Translations under genes and position numbers: made by a program | In this document: in pieces, positions 51,087-60,204 of the stretch | Layout: each line of letters starts with the position of its first letter | How positions within the stretch are numbered: position 1 is the first letter of the stretch | Assembly: GCA_965205505.1 (NCBI GenBank) | Contig: CBDBHB010000009.1 | Coordinates: 416,001 to 480,000, forward strand | From: Acidobacteriota bacterium | Lineage (GTDB): Bacteria > Acidobacteriota > UBA890 > WLXD01 | Length of the DNA stretch: 64,000 bases | Direction of reading: 5' to 3' | The notes under the pieces: generated by a model | Seen by the model: the letters and a program-made list of their open reading frames with translations, nothing else | The model's database searches: none | Told to the model about the DNA's origin: nothing

Positions 51087-52221
51087 TCATTTCGCGGTAG
51101 CAGACACCGCGCTCGATGGGTTGGAAACGCCGGCGTTGCTCAGTGCGCGCACGCGAAAAGTATAGGTCTCGCCGGCCTCGAGGTCCTCGACCAGGTACTT
51201 CTTGACGTTCTTGCCAGTCTCCGTAACGGCCTCGAAGTCCCCGTCGCCGGCGGCCATCTCCACCCGATAGCCGGTCTCGCTCTTGGCGGTGTCCTTCCAG
51301 CGAAGCAGCACGCGTTGGTTCGAGCGCGTCTTGGCCCGCAGCTTGCTCGGCGGCGCCGCACCGGGATCCGCGCTGCCCGAGTAGCAACCGAGGATGTAGG
51401 GGAAGTCCTCGGTGGCGTGATAGTGGTAGTCGCTCTGGGGTCCCTCATGCCCGTTGCATTGATCGAGGTACTTGTCTTGCTTGCGCGCGACGTACTTGTG
51501 GTTGTCCCAGGCGAACGTCGATGGGTTGCCGGTCCGCTTCCAGGCGCTCTTATACTCGATGACCTTCGAGCAGTCCGCGTCGCTGCATCCGAACGGACCG
51601 TAGATCGGGAACCCGTCGTTCGCATAACCGATCACCGGGGAAGCATCAGTACGCCCGATAATACCCTCGGTCGGGCACGCGGCCAGCATGGCGTGGTAGT
51701 GATAGGCGCCGTCCTCTGCAGTGTGTCCCAGGCAATCGTCGAGAAGGTCGTTGAACACCGGATCGCCGAACGGATCAGGCTGAGGCCCCTCGTTGGGGCC
51801 AAAGATCGGGATGCCGTTGACCGCGAAGGCGACGGTGTCCAGCAGCGGAATCTCGGTCGTCTCGCCCGCCAGCGCCGGATACAGCGGCACTTTGAACGTG
51901 TGGTCCTGTGCCCGCAGGTCGTTGGGCGTAGTCTGCACGAACTCGTAGTTCGGGATGCCGTTGCTCCTCACGGTGAGGTACTTCGAGTTGCACGAGACCT
52001 GCACCGAGGGGTCCGGGTAAGCAGCGTTCGCGGGATCGGCGCTGACCTCCGGGAAGTTGCTGGTCGGGCAATCGCCAGCGGCTGGCGCGGCGGCGCCTCC
52101 CACAGCCGGCTTTGGCGGCGATGCCGGCGCAGAAACGGCCCCCGCGGGGCCCCGTCACCCATCCGTGGATCAAGATCCCGAGCGTGGCGGCGATCCCTGA
52201 AACGCTGCGAAGCGCGGTCAT
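51087..52221 (-). CDS. YHYH protein with C-terminal fibronectin type III domain; +1 frameshift near 52150
   Basis: SNGIPNY, AVNGIPIF, CLGH..GAYHYH, GYANDGFPIYG, LDQCNGH..DYHYH, FPYI; FN3 WKD...YRVE...LEAGETYTFRVRA; signal peptide in upstream frame from 52221. Confidence 0.85.
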
Positions 52222-52569
52222 CCGGGCTGCTCCTTTGCGCGGAGATTCTAGTGCCTAATCCAACCGCTTGGATCGTTCGATTTCTCAAACCTGCCCACTA
52301 CCGGGCCATCGCCTACCTCGGTAGTTGGTCGGGGTCATGGTCGCTCAGTCTCGGCCATACAGATCGCCGGTCGCGGGTTCCGGAAGGGGCGGTGCTCCGC
52401 GCGGCTGCACAGCCTAGCGGAATAGATGGGCTCCCACCACGGGAGAGCAGCCGGGCGATTTGCGAGGGGGAACATGTCGATCCCGCCCGACGACCGAGCC
52501 AGACGACTTCGTGAGGAGCTAGGCTCACGCTAGGACCTTCGATCGTCGCTGGGGCCGTCCGCCGCGGGC

Positions 52570-52857
52570 CTATGTGTGGGCGCGCAGCCGCTGTGACAAG
52601 CGCGGGGAGCGCTTCTTCACCTGAGATACGAGGAAGACACCCTCAGAGCCATAAACTTTGAGCGCGGCAGCGTAGGCTTCCGCATGGGTCGGATAGAAGG
52701 CTACAGGCTGCTCGTCGTGGAAGACCACGAACTCGCCAGCGTGCTCGTCGAGCAGATCATCAATCTGCGAGTCAAAGGCTCGTTGCTCAGCACGAACGCG
52801 GTTCAAACGGGCGCGGGGCACTGGCACTCCGTCGGGCTGCTGGGGGGCTGACGACAT
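52570..52857 (-). CDS. Small hypothetical protein (DUF5678-like)
   Basis: LLDEHAGEFVVFHDEQPVAFYPTHAEAYAAAL...FLVSQV. Confidence 0.6.
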   Translation of the reverse strand: MSSAPQQPDGVPVPRARLNRVRAEQRAFDSQIDDLLDEHAGEFVVFHDEQPVAFYPTHAEAYAAALKVYGSEGVFLVSQVKKRSPRLSQRLRAHT

Positions 52858-53066
52858 CGTAGCAGTAAGGGCGCCGGTTCCACTCCTCGACCCCCTCGGG
52901 TCCGCCGCGCAACAGCTCTAACGCTTCGTCACGCGTCATCATGGCGTCAGTAGCTCCGCAGCTTCACGCGAGTCGTTCCTGCTCCAACGGAACAATTTCC
53001 TTCCCACCACTAGCAAAGCGCGCAGCCGGGCGATTTGCGAAGGGAGGGAGGTGTTGCGGCGGCCTC

Positions 53067-53393
53067 TCATTGGTCCGCCTTGCGTCGCAGGCCGGCCAGG
53101 CGCTTAGCCAGCCTGTCTGGAACCAGCCCAGGGGCCTTTGCTTGTCGTTCGTACCGCTCGAGGATCGCGAGCTCGTCGGCCGGCTGCTTCTTCTGCCGGT
53201 AGATAATCGCTAGCTGCTCGTAGTACCACGGATCAACCCCCCAGCCTCCGCCCTCGGCCTCGGCCTCGGAGGCGTCCACCAGGCGCAGGAGAAGCTCCTT
53301 CGTGCCATCGAGGTCGCCCACCCGCTTGAGGCGACGGACCTCCACCACGTAGGCCGAGTAGTGCCGTCCGTCGACGAAGCCCAGCTTGCTCAT
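53067..53393 (-). CDS. Hypothetical helical (TPR-like) protein typical of mobile elements
   Basis: GFVDGRHY...PWYYEQLAIIYRQKK..DELAILERY; GAGG RBS inside repeat R6. Confidence 0.7.
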   Translation of the reverse strand: MSKLGFVDGRHYSAYVVEVRRLKRVGDLDGTKELLLRLVDASEAEAEGGGWGVDPWYYEQLAIIYRQKKQPADELAILERYERQAKAPGLVPDRLAKRLAGLRRKADQ

Positions 53394-53491
53394 GCTCGGC
53401 GGCCTCTCACGGGACGACTCGGTAGGTGGTGGGGGTCATCGCCGGTTGCCGGACAGAAGGTGCATCGCTAGGGTGCTGCGCCGGGGGCTCA

Positions 53492-54013
53492 TTACGGTTC
53501 CGTTTCGTATGGAAGGCCGCCTGAGTTCACGATAACGATCATCGCCGTGGGGCATTCCAGTCGCACTCCAGGAGCGATCCCCATCTCGTCCTGGTCGCGC
53601 ACCATGGAGAACGGATCCCCCTCGAACGTGCGCGTGCAGGAGAGGAGGTCTCCTTCGACGCGGACGCTGAGCATCCCGTCGCCGGTTTCGCCACCTGCCT
53701 CGACCACGCGGAATACGGTCGTCTCGTTCGATTGGCTGCCTTCGTCGTCCGGCGGCTCGATGCTTACCACGTAGATGAATGTGCCAAGTATCACCAGAAC
53801 CAAGACAATCCACTTGAATGCCGGTTGCTGATGGATCGGTACTGACGCGGGACCTATGGCACGGAGCTCAGCTGGAGCAGCGTTTGCAGCTGGCTGCCTT
53901 GCGATAGGTTCTAGTGCCTTTCGGATTGAGTTGGCCTTCTTCTTGATTCTGCCCTTGGCTGCAGCAAGCTTAGCCTCTGCTGACGCGTCGACGTTCTTCC
54001 TCTTCTTGGCCAT
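53492..54013 (-). CDS. Hypothetical membrane-anchored protein
   Basis: Basic N-terminus, one TM helix (WIVLVLVILGTFIYVV), C-terminal domain with two Cys. Confidence 0.55.
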   Translation of the reverse strand: MAKKRKNVDASAEAKLAAAKGRIKKKANSIRKALEPIARQPAANAAPAELRAIGPASVPIHQQPAFKWIVLVLVILGTFIYVVSIEPPDDEGSQSNETTVFRVVEAGGETGDGMLSVRVEGDLLSCTRTFEGDPFSMVRDQDEMGIAPGVRLECPTAMIVIVNSGGLPYETEP

Positions 54014-54110
54014 TCCACTCTCGGTGGTTCCGGTAGGTGGTCGGGTCATGGGACGGGACGCGCCGCAGCCGTGAAGGGGCACCGGATCAAGCGTGGCTAC
54101 ATGCGCGAGG

Positions 54111-54215
54111 CCCCCCAGCGCGGGACTCTCGCCGCTAGGGGTCTCCCTCTTGACAGGTTGTCCTAACGCTGCCCGCTAGCGGTGGTCGGGGTCGCTGCCA
54201 GGCCGCGCCGAGAGG
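54111..54215 (-). ncRNA. Candidate structured RNA / leader, copy 2
   Basis: 13-bp closing stem CCUCUCGGCGCGG/CCGCGCUGGGGGG, inner CCGCUAG/CUAGCGG stem; TACGAT 7 nt upstream. Confidence 0.4.
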
Positions 54216-54277
54216 TAAAACCATCGTAGTATCCACGCAACCCCCTCGGTAGTGCCTAGCGAACTTCGACTTCGTCG
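54113..54277 (-). repeat. Long repeat R1/R5 copy 2
   Basis: CCCCAGCGCGGGACTCTCGCCG...GCTGCCCGCTAGCGG...CCGCGCCGAGAGG...TAGTGCCTAGCGAACTTCGAC shared with 48872..49030. Confidence 0.85.
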
Positions 54278-54503
54278 GCAGCTTGATTAGGGTTGCTCAA
54301 CAAGGCAGGCGTCCTTAACATCGCTTCCTGTCACGCGCCAATCTAGGAGTGAGTGACGATGAGCCACCAGAGTGACTTGAATTCCGAAGGGCGCCTTCGT
54401 GTTCTCTACGAGGTGCGGACCACGGAACTTACGGAGGTGCGCAAGCGTGAGCTTTTTGTACGCTTGCGGGCCCTTGGTCTTACGAAACAAGAGATCGAGG
54501 AGT

Positions 54504-54743
54504 TCACCCCCGAGTTGCTCCCCGGCCACGCCGCGCAATACGCATAAACTCGGCGTCAGTCATACCAAGTAGCGGCGCGCACCACGTCACTATCTTGAGC
54601 ATTTCGGTAAGCTGCCGGCCCACGTTCAGAAATCGCACAAGCTGCTTCGCGTCCTCTCCCTTAGCGAGCAACGCTCGAACGATATCCTCGCGGTCTGTCG
54701 AGTACACGAATGTGCTGCGAGGCGTGGAGCAGCTCTTGGTCAT
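54504..54743 (-). CDS. Hypothetical protein (a convergent overlapping + ORF 54353..54547 is an alternative)
   Basis: 79-aa ORF downstream of repeat R2 and in the array orientation; no recognisable motif. Confidence 0.3.
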   Translation of the reverse strand: MTKSCSTPRSTFVYSTDREDIVRALLAKGEDAKQLVRFLNVGRQLTEMLKIVTWCAPLLGMTDAEFMRIARRGRGATRG

Positions 54744-54877
54744 GACGTATCGAGATTAGGTCCGATCCTGTGCGGCGCCCTCTCGCGCCACCGAGCGATC
54801 GCTCCTTACAAACAGCGAAACAATTCTCTTCCCACCTAGCAAAGCGCGCTGCCGGGCGATTTGCGAGGGGGGGGCGC

Positions 54878-55714
54878 TCACTGGCCCTCGAACCCGAGCT
54901 CCCTGGCCCCCGCGATTGCCTGCTCAGCTCCCTCACGCCGGCCGAGCCTCTGCAGGACTGCGCCCAGGTTCCAATACGCGCGCCCGTAGTTGGGGTTCGA
55001 CCGGATTGCCTCGCGCATCGATCGCTCCGCCTCAACGAACCTCTCGGTATTCGCGTAAAGCACCCGTAGGTTGAGGTGTGCATCCGCATAATCTGGGTCC
55101 AGCTCGATGGACCGGTCGTAAGAGACCTCGGCACCGGCGTAGTCACCCTGTTGGTAAAGGACGCGCGCCCGGTTGTAGTGGGGTAGGGGCCGATCATCGT
55201 CGAGCCGGATGCCCTCGTCAAAGGCTGCTAGAGCATCGTCAAACCGATCCAGCCTACGCAGCACGAGTCCCAGGTTGTTGTGGGCTGCGGCCAGGCTAGG
55301 GTCGAGTCCTGTGGCTTCGCGTAGCTGTTCTTCAGCCTCGGCGTGCTCGCCCCGCTGCTCGAGTAGGTTCCCCAGGTTGTAACGTGGGATTGCGAGAGTG
55401 GGTGCCGTCAGGACCAAACCGCGATAAGTGGCTTCGGCTTCGTCGAGCCGCCCCTGGCTCAACAATACGTTCGCGAGTCCGTTCCGTGCGGCGTGGTCTT
55501 CTGCGTCTATTTGAATGGCGCGGCGATACGCGCTTGTAGCCTCCTCGTCTCGAGCCTGATCAGCCAGTACATCACCAAGGCCAACGAGAGCTCTGGCGTA
55601 GGTCGGATCAAGCCGGAGCGCCTCTCTCAGCGCGGTCTCCGCGTTCTCTAGCCGCGCTTGTTGGGCCAGTGCTACGCCCATGCCAGTATGTGCGATTGCG
55701 CTAGTCCCATCCAA
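54878..55714 (-). CDS. Tetratricopeptide repeat protein, probably 5'-truncated
   Basis: About 8 TPR units (AHNNLGLVL, YNLGNLL, AYWNLGAVL); begins mid-repeat at a TTG with no good RBS. Confidence 0.85.
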   Translation of the reverse strand: MDGTSAIAHTGMGVALAQQARLENAETALREALRLDPTYARALVGLGDVLADQARDEEATSAYRRAIQIDAEDHAARNGLANVLLSQGRLDEAEATYRGLVLTAPTLAIPRYNLGNLLEQRGEHAEAEEQLREATGLDPSLAAAHNNLGLVLRRLDRFDDALAAFDEGIRLDDDRPLPHYNRARVLYQQGDYAGAEVSYDRSIELDPDYADAHLNLRVLYANTERFVEAERSMREAIRSNPNYGRAYWNLGAVLQRLGRREGAEQAIAGARELGFEGQ

Positions 55715-55919
55715 CTCGACCGCCCTATGAGGAAAGGCGGACGCTGTGGGTCCCGTCGTATGTTTGCAGCTCGAAATCCGGGGCCAGCTCGCCGACGACT
55801 GGGTGATTGTTTCGGCGTTCCTCCAGAAGCGCGTGGCCGTCGGCCTGGTCGGCTACCGTCTTGCCGGCGAATCGATCCATACTCTGAGCTCCTTCCGTTG
55901 ATTCATTTCGATTTCCCGA

Positions 55920-56394
55920 TCAACCAGCGCGCTCGAGGATCGTCACCGTGCCGTCCTCCTCGACCCGGAGCTCGTCGCCAGGTGTGACGGCGACGAGAAA
56001 GTCGGGGCCGAGTCGATCCACGCAGACCACCCGGCGCTCAAGCCAGATGTCTGCCAGGATCGCGGACCTCGTCGGGATAGGCCTGCCGCAGCCGCTCGAG
56101 CTGGTCGTCGGTCAGGCCGACCAGGCTGTCGTTCAGCAGCGTTGCCGGATCGGCCGTGAAGGGCAGCTTCGTGCGGAGGCCGGCCGCCGCCAGCTCTTCG
56201 AGGAACGTCAGGCGAGCCCCGAGTCCGGGCGCTGACTCCGGAATGACGAGATGGCCCGGACCCTCGATCTCGACCAGCCGATCTGCTTCCATCGTCTCGC
56301 CGAAGCGCACAACGGTGAGTAGCAGCTTACGATGCAGCTCATCGTGCTCACCGCCCAGAGTGCGGCGCTCATCGTCGGTAAGACGAAGGCTCAT
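55920..56394 (-). pseudogene. Aconitase X remnant: DUF521 N-terminus joined to DUF126 swivel-domain C-terminus
   Basis: LRLTDDERRTLGGEH..LLTVVRFGE..ADRLVEI..GH..PFTADP, then out of frame ILADIWLERRVVCVDRLG..FL.AV.PGDELRVEEDGTVTI*. Confidence 0.7.
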
Positions 56395-56479
56395 GAGGTC
56401 CCGCTATTTTGACATCTAGTCGACACTCCATTACACACGGAATCTGGCTCGATTCCCATGTGCCCCGGAGGACGATCTA

Positions 56480-57817
56480 ATGGTTGGTAGAAATCTGGCG
56501 GTGGCGGCCGCTGTCTCGTTGCTCGTCTTGATGGTTCCGACTCCCGTGCACGGCCAGGAAGAGGAGTCTGTCCAGGTCATACGCGTCGGATTGCTCGTGG
56601 ATCCCGAGGCCGGCACTGCGACGCCGAACCAGGTGATCCTTATCCAGGGCGATCGCATCGAGGCGGTGGTCTCTCCTGGCAGCGTCGACATACCGGCGGA
56701 CGCCGATGTCATCGACCTGTCAGAGCTGACCGTGCTCGGTGGGCTGGTCGACACCCACAACCACCTGGCGCTGACCTACAAGCAGGACCCCGAGAGCAAC
56801 TACTACTACCTGACCTATGTCATGGACTCGACGCCGCTGCGGGCCATTCAGGCGTTCTCCAACGGCATGCAGATGCTGTCGTCGGGTTTCACCGTCGTGC
56901 GCGATATGGGCAACAACGGCAACTACGCCGATACCGCGTTGCGCCAGGCGATCGAGCAAGGGTGGGTTCCCGGGCCGACGATCATCAACTCGGGCATCAT
57001 CATCGGCGGCATGGGCGGGCAGTTCTGGCCGACCCCGGAGATGGGGATCGAGCACAACATCGTTTACCCCGAGTACCTCGACGCCGACACCAACGACGAG
57101 ATCATCAAGGCAGTGCGCCAGAACGTGCTCTATGGCGCCACGGTCATCAAGATCTGCGTCGACTGTAAGCCGTATGGCTACACCGTCGGCGAGATGCAGC
57201 TGTTCATAAGCGAGGCGGCCAAGGCCGGGATGAAGGTCGAGGGCCACGTGCAGACGCGCGATGGCGCCCGGCGCGCCATCGAGGCGGGGCTATTCTCGCT
57301 CGCACACTCCGACGTTATCGACGACGAGCTTCACAAGGCGATGGCGGCGAAGGGCATCTTCCGCGCCGGCACCGAGACCCCGGCGATGCCCTACAACGGC
57401 ACCTCGGAAGAGGAGTACGAGCGCACCGCCGCCGGTCTACGCAACGCCTTCGATAACGGCGTGCCGGTGACCTTCTCCACCGACGCCGACTACTACATTC
57501 CCGGCATGACGCGCGGCGAGCTGGTTATCGACTTCATCGAAACCTGGAAGAAGGCGGGGATCCCGGCGCCCGACATCCTCAAGGCGATGACCACGGCCGG
57601 CTACCGCTGTGCCGAGGTGTACGACGAGCGAGGCCCGATCAAGCCAGGCAATTACGCCGACCTGATTGCCGTGGTCGGCAACCCGTTACGCAACATCGAC
57701 ACCCTGCGCGATGTGCGCTTCGTGATGCGCGACGGCAAGGTGTTCAAGCGCGATGGCGTGATGATGCCCGAGGAGTTCTTTCACGCCGGGCCGGTGAACG
57801 GCTGGCGGATTCGGTAG
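56480..57817 (+). CDS. Amidohydrolase family protein, exported
   Basis: GLVDTHNH, SGFTVVRDMG, GATVIK, EGH, LAH, FSTDA, GPIKPGNYAD. Confidence 0.92.
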   Translation: MVGRNLAVAAAVSLLVLMVPTPVHGQEEESVQVIRVGLLVDPEAGTATPNQVILIQGDRIEAVVSPGSVDIPADADVIDLSELTVLGGLVDTHNHLALTYKQDPESNYYYLTYVMDSTPLRAIQAFSNGMQMLSSGFTVVRDMGNNGNYADTALRQAIEQGWVPGPTIINSGIIIGGMGGQFWPTPEMGIEHNIVYPEYLDADTNDEIIKAVRQNVLYGATVIKICVDCKPYGYTVGEMQLFISEAAKAGMKVEGHVQTRDGARRAIEAGLFSLAHSDVIDDELHKAMAAKGIFRAGTETPAMPYNGTSEEEYERTAAGLRNAFDNGVPVTFSTDADYYIPGMTRGELVIDFIETWKKAGIPAPDILKAMTTAGYRCAEVYDERGPIKPGNYADLIAVVGNPLRNIDTLRDVRFVMRDGKVFKRDGVMMPEEFFHAGPVNGWRIR

Positions 57818-57821
57818 TTCG

Positions 57822-59360
57822 TTACCTGCTCTCTGGCACCGCCTCCATCAACAGCGCGAAGGCGTTCCTCAGCCCTTCGGCCCCCGGACGACCGCCCTTG
57901 TAGTGCCCCAGGCGAACCACTACCAGATGGTGTGACGGGATGATCGTCGTCGACTGCCCGCCGGCGCCCTGCATGGAGTAAGCCTCGGCCGGGATGCCGT
58001 TGTTGCCGCCCTCGCTCTCGATCCAGAAGAAGCCGCCATAGATAGGCCGTCCGTCTGCCACCCAACCTGGTGCGGGTGTGCTGACGAACTCAACGAACCC
58101 CTCCGGCAGGATGCGCTCACCGGTCCACATGCCGTCTTGAAGGTAGAGGTTGCCGAGCCGAGCCCAGTCGCGTCCGGTACCGAACTCGTATCCCTGCAGC
58201 AAGAAGTTCCCGTAGGGATCGGTCTCCATCACCATGTGGCGGATGCCGATCCTGTCGAATAGTTCGCGCTGCGGGAACGAGTGGTACTCGTCGCCACGCG
58301 CCTCGACGCCGAGCCGAATGAGGTAGTTGGTCAGCACCGGGTCGGAGTTGCGATAGCGCCCCACGGTGTTCGGCGCGTACTGCTGTGGTCGTGTGGCCGC
58401 GTACTCGAACGAGTTGACCGTACCGGTATAGACGTACAGGTGGTCGGGATAACCCAGCGACTCGTCGTAGCCGGGGTCGGACTCGTTGCGGAAGCGCAGC
58501 CCGCTCGACATGCGCATGATGTCGGATATGCGGATCTCGGCGCGCGGGTCGTCGTCGCCCTGCCACTCAGGAATTGGCGCCGGTTGGTGTAGCTCGTAGA
58601 CACCCTGCTTGATGAGAATACCCATCAGGGTCGCGGTGAGGCTCTTGCCCATCGACCAGCCCTCGAGCGGTGTGCTCATGGTGATGCCGTCACGATAGCG
58701 CTCACCGATGATGCGTCCCTTGTAGGTCACTACAAAGGCCGCCGTCATCCCTTCCGCCGGCTCGAACGCGGCGTTCACCGCCTGTTGCACCTTGTCGGCA
58801 TCGATCTCGGAGGGCAGCGGCTCATCCGACAGCACGTCTCCCATCGGCCACGGCTGCGTCGACGGATCGGGGAGCGTGCTCGGTATTTCGACGGGAGTGA
58901 AGTACACGTCGTCCGCGCCGATTGGTAGCGTCACGCAACCCTGATCGCCCAGGTACCTCGCCGTTCGCACGGTGCCGTCGGGCAGCGTCAGGTGGACTTC
59001 CTCGTTCTCCATGTCGACGACGCGTTCGGTTACTTCGGCGCGTTCCGCATAGTGGCTGCTGAAGTAGCCAATGTTCTCGGCTGCGAAGTCGGCGTCGAGC
59101 CCCGTGATGAAGACGGCGGAGCAGAGGATCTTGGCGAACCCCGCCGTGTGATGCGACAGCGCATCGCCTGGAGGCCCGATGTACTCGCCGTCTAGCTCGA
59201 GTGATGCGGCGCGTGCAATGCGCTCCTCGGTATTGGCTGGAGGGGCCGCGGGCATGTCCCCCGCGTCGTCAGCGATCGTGCCCTGACAGGCCGCAAGCGA
59301 CAGCAAAAGGAGAAGATATACAGGCCGGAGCGTCGTCGTCGGGGCTGTTCGGGAATTCAT
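57822..59360 (-). CDS. Serine hydrolase (beta-lactamase/AmpC-like family) lipoprotein
   Basis: WSMGKS (SxxK), MRMSSGL, YRN, RDWARLGNLY, GAGGQ; LAAC lipobox. Confidence 0.9.
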   Translation of the reverse strand: MNSRTAPTTTLRPVYLLLLLSLAACQGTIADDAGDMPAAPPANTEERIARAASLELDGEYIGPPGDALSHHTAGFAKILCSAVFITGLDADFAAENIGYFSSHYAERAEVTERVVDMENEEVHLTLPDGTVRTARYLGDQGCVTLPIGADDVYFTPVEIPSTLPDPSTQPWPMGDVLSDEPLPSEIDADKVQQAVNAAFEPAEGMTAAFVVTYKGRIIGERYRDGITMSTPLEGWSMGKSLTATLMGILIKQGVYELHQPAPIPEWQGDDDPRAEIRISDIMRMSSGLRFRNESDPGYDESLGYPDHLYVYTGTVNSFEYAATRPQQYAPNTVGRYRNSDPVLTNYLIRLGVEARGDEYHSFPQRELFDRIGIRHMVMETDPYGNFLLQGYEFGTGRDWARLGNLYLQDGMWTGERILPEGFVEFVSTPAPGWVADGRPIYGGFFWIESEGGNNGIPAEAYSMQGAGGQSTTIIPSHHLVVVRLGHYKGGRPGAEGLRNAFALLMEAVPESR

Positions 59361-59409
59361 GCGGAAGCCTCCTCGGGGCAGGGCTGCGTGGCGAAGCGAG
59401 GATAGAACG

Positions 59410-60204
59410 TCAGATCGCGTCGCGGGGCCCCTTATACTCCTGAATCGTGTTTCCTCCGTCGACGACAATCGATTGACCGGTCACGTAGCTCGCCCCCTCG
59501 GAGGCGAGGAACGCCACCACCTCAGCCACTTCTTCAGGGCGCCCCGGTCGGCCTATCGCCGAGTAGTTGCCGGCTTCGAGCTCGGCCACCGATGACGACC
59601 CGGTCGCGATCCATCCCGGCGCCACGCCGTTGACGGTGAGTCCCCGTGTAGCGACCTCGAGCGCCAGGCTCCGCATCAGCCCATCCATCCCCGCTTTTGA
59701 GGCGCTGTAGGCAGGCGATCCGATAGCGCTCACGAGCGGGCCGGTGACCGACGAGATGTTGATCACCCGTCCGTACTCCTGCGACAGCATCACCGGGATG
59801 GCTGCCTTGGTGGCGTTGAAGGCGGTCTTCAGGTTGATGGCGATGGCGCGGTCCCAATCCGATTCGCTCAGATCGACGAATGGTCGGTCGGGGTAGGGTG
59901 CTCCGATGGAGTTGAGCCCCGCGTTGTTTACCAGGATATCGAGCCTGCCGAATCGGCAAACGACCTCGCCAACGAGTCGACCAGCCTGCTCAGAATCGGT
60001 GAGGTCCGCGACGAAGGCTCCGACTTCGGGCAGACTCTCGGCTTGCAGCTCAGCCGCTCGCGCGGCGATCCGATTCTCGGTCGTCGAGGTGATGGCAACC
60101 TGCGCTCCCTGTCGGCGGAGGATCCGAGCGCAGGCGAAGCCGATACCGAGCTCGCTCCCAGCGCCGGTGATCAGCGCAACGCGCTTGGATAACGGATTCC
60201 TCAC
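59410..60204 (-). CDS. SDR family oxidoreductase (3-oxoacyl-ACP reductase-like)
   Basis: [30 protein letters not shown]; GTG start overlaps the upstream TGA. Confidence 0.92.
   Translation of the reverse strand: MRNPLSKRVALITGAGSELGIGFACARILRRQGAQVAITSTTENRIAARAAELQAESLPEVGAFVADLTDSEQAGRLVGEVVCRFGRLDILVNNAGLNSIGAPYPDRPFVDLSESDWDRAIAINLKTAFNATKAAIPVMLSQEYGRVINISSVTGPLVSAIGSPAYSASKAGMDGLMRSLALEVATRGLTVNGVAPGWIATGSSSVAELEAGNYSAIGRPGRPEEVAEVVAFLASEGASYVTGQSIVVDGGNTIQEYKGPRDAI

Larger units (their letters stand above)
50976..54051 (-). repeat. Dispersed repeat R3, four copies (50976-50999, 52317-52340, 53418-53439, 54031-54051)
   Basis: Consensus CTCGGTAGGTGGTCGGGGTCATGG (minus strand ATGACCCCGACCACCTACCGAG). 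Confidence 0.88.
50554..54874 (-). repeat. Dispersed repeat R2, four copies (50554-50640, 52389-52470, 52988-53069, 54815-54874)
   Basis: Identical core CGGGCGATTTGCGA at 50622, 52452, 53027 and 54853 with extended flanking similarity. Confidence 0.88.

Noticed and set aside
53009-53030. Sigma-54 promoter in repeat R2 (GG...TTTGC on minus strand)
   Set aside because: GG to GC spacing is 11 nt rather than the required 10.
50554-54874. CRISPR array
   Set aside because: Repeats are hundreds of bases apart with genes between them; no regular spacers or cas genes.
48138-55714. Classical integron or CALIN
   Set aside because: No intI and no RYYYAAC...GTTRRRY palindromic attC sites recognised; the repeats are heterogeneous in type and length.
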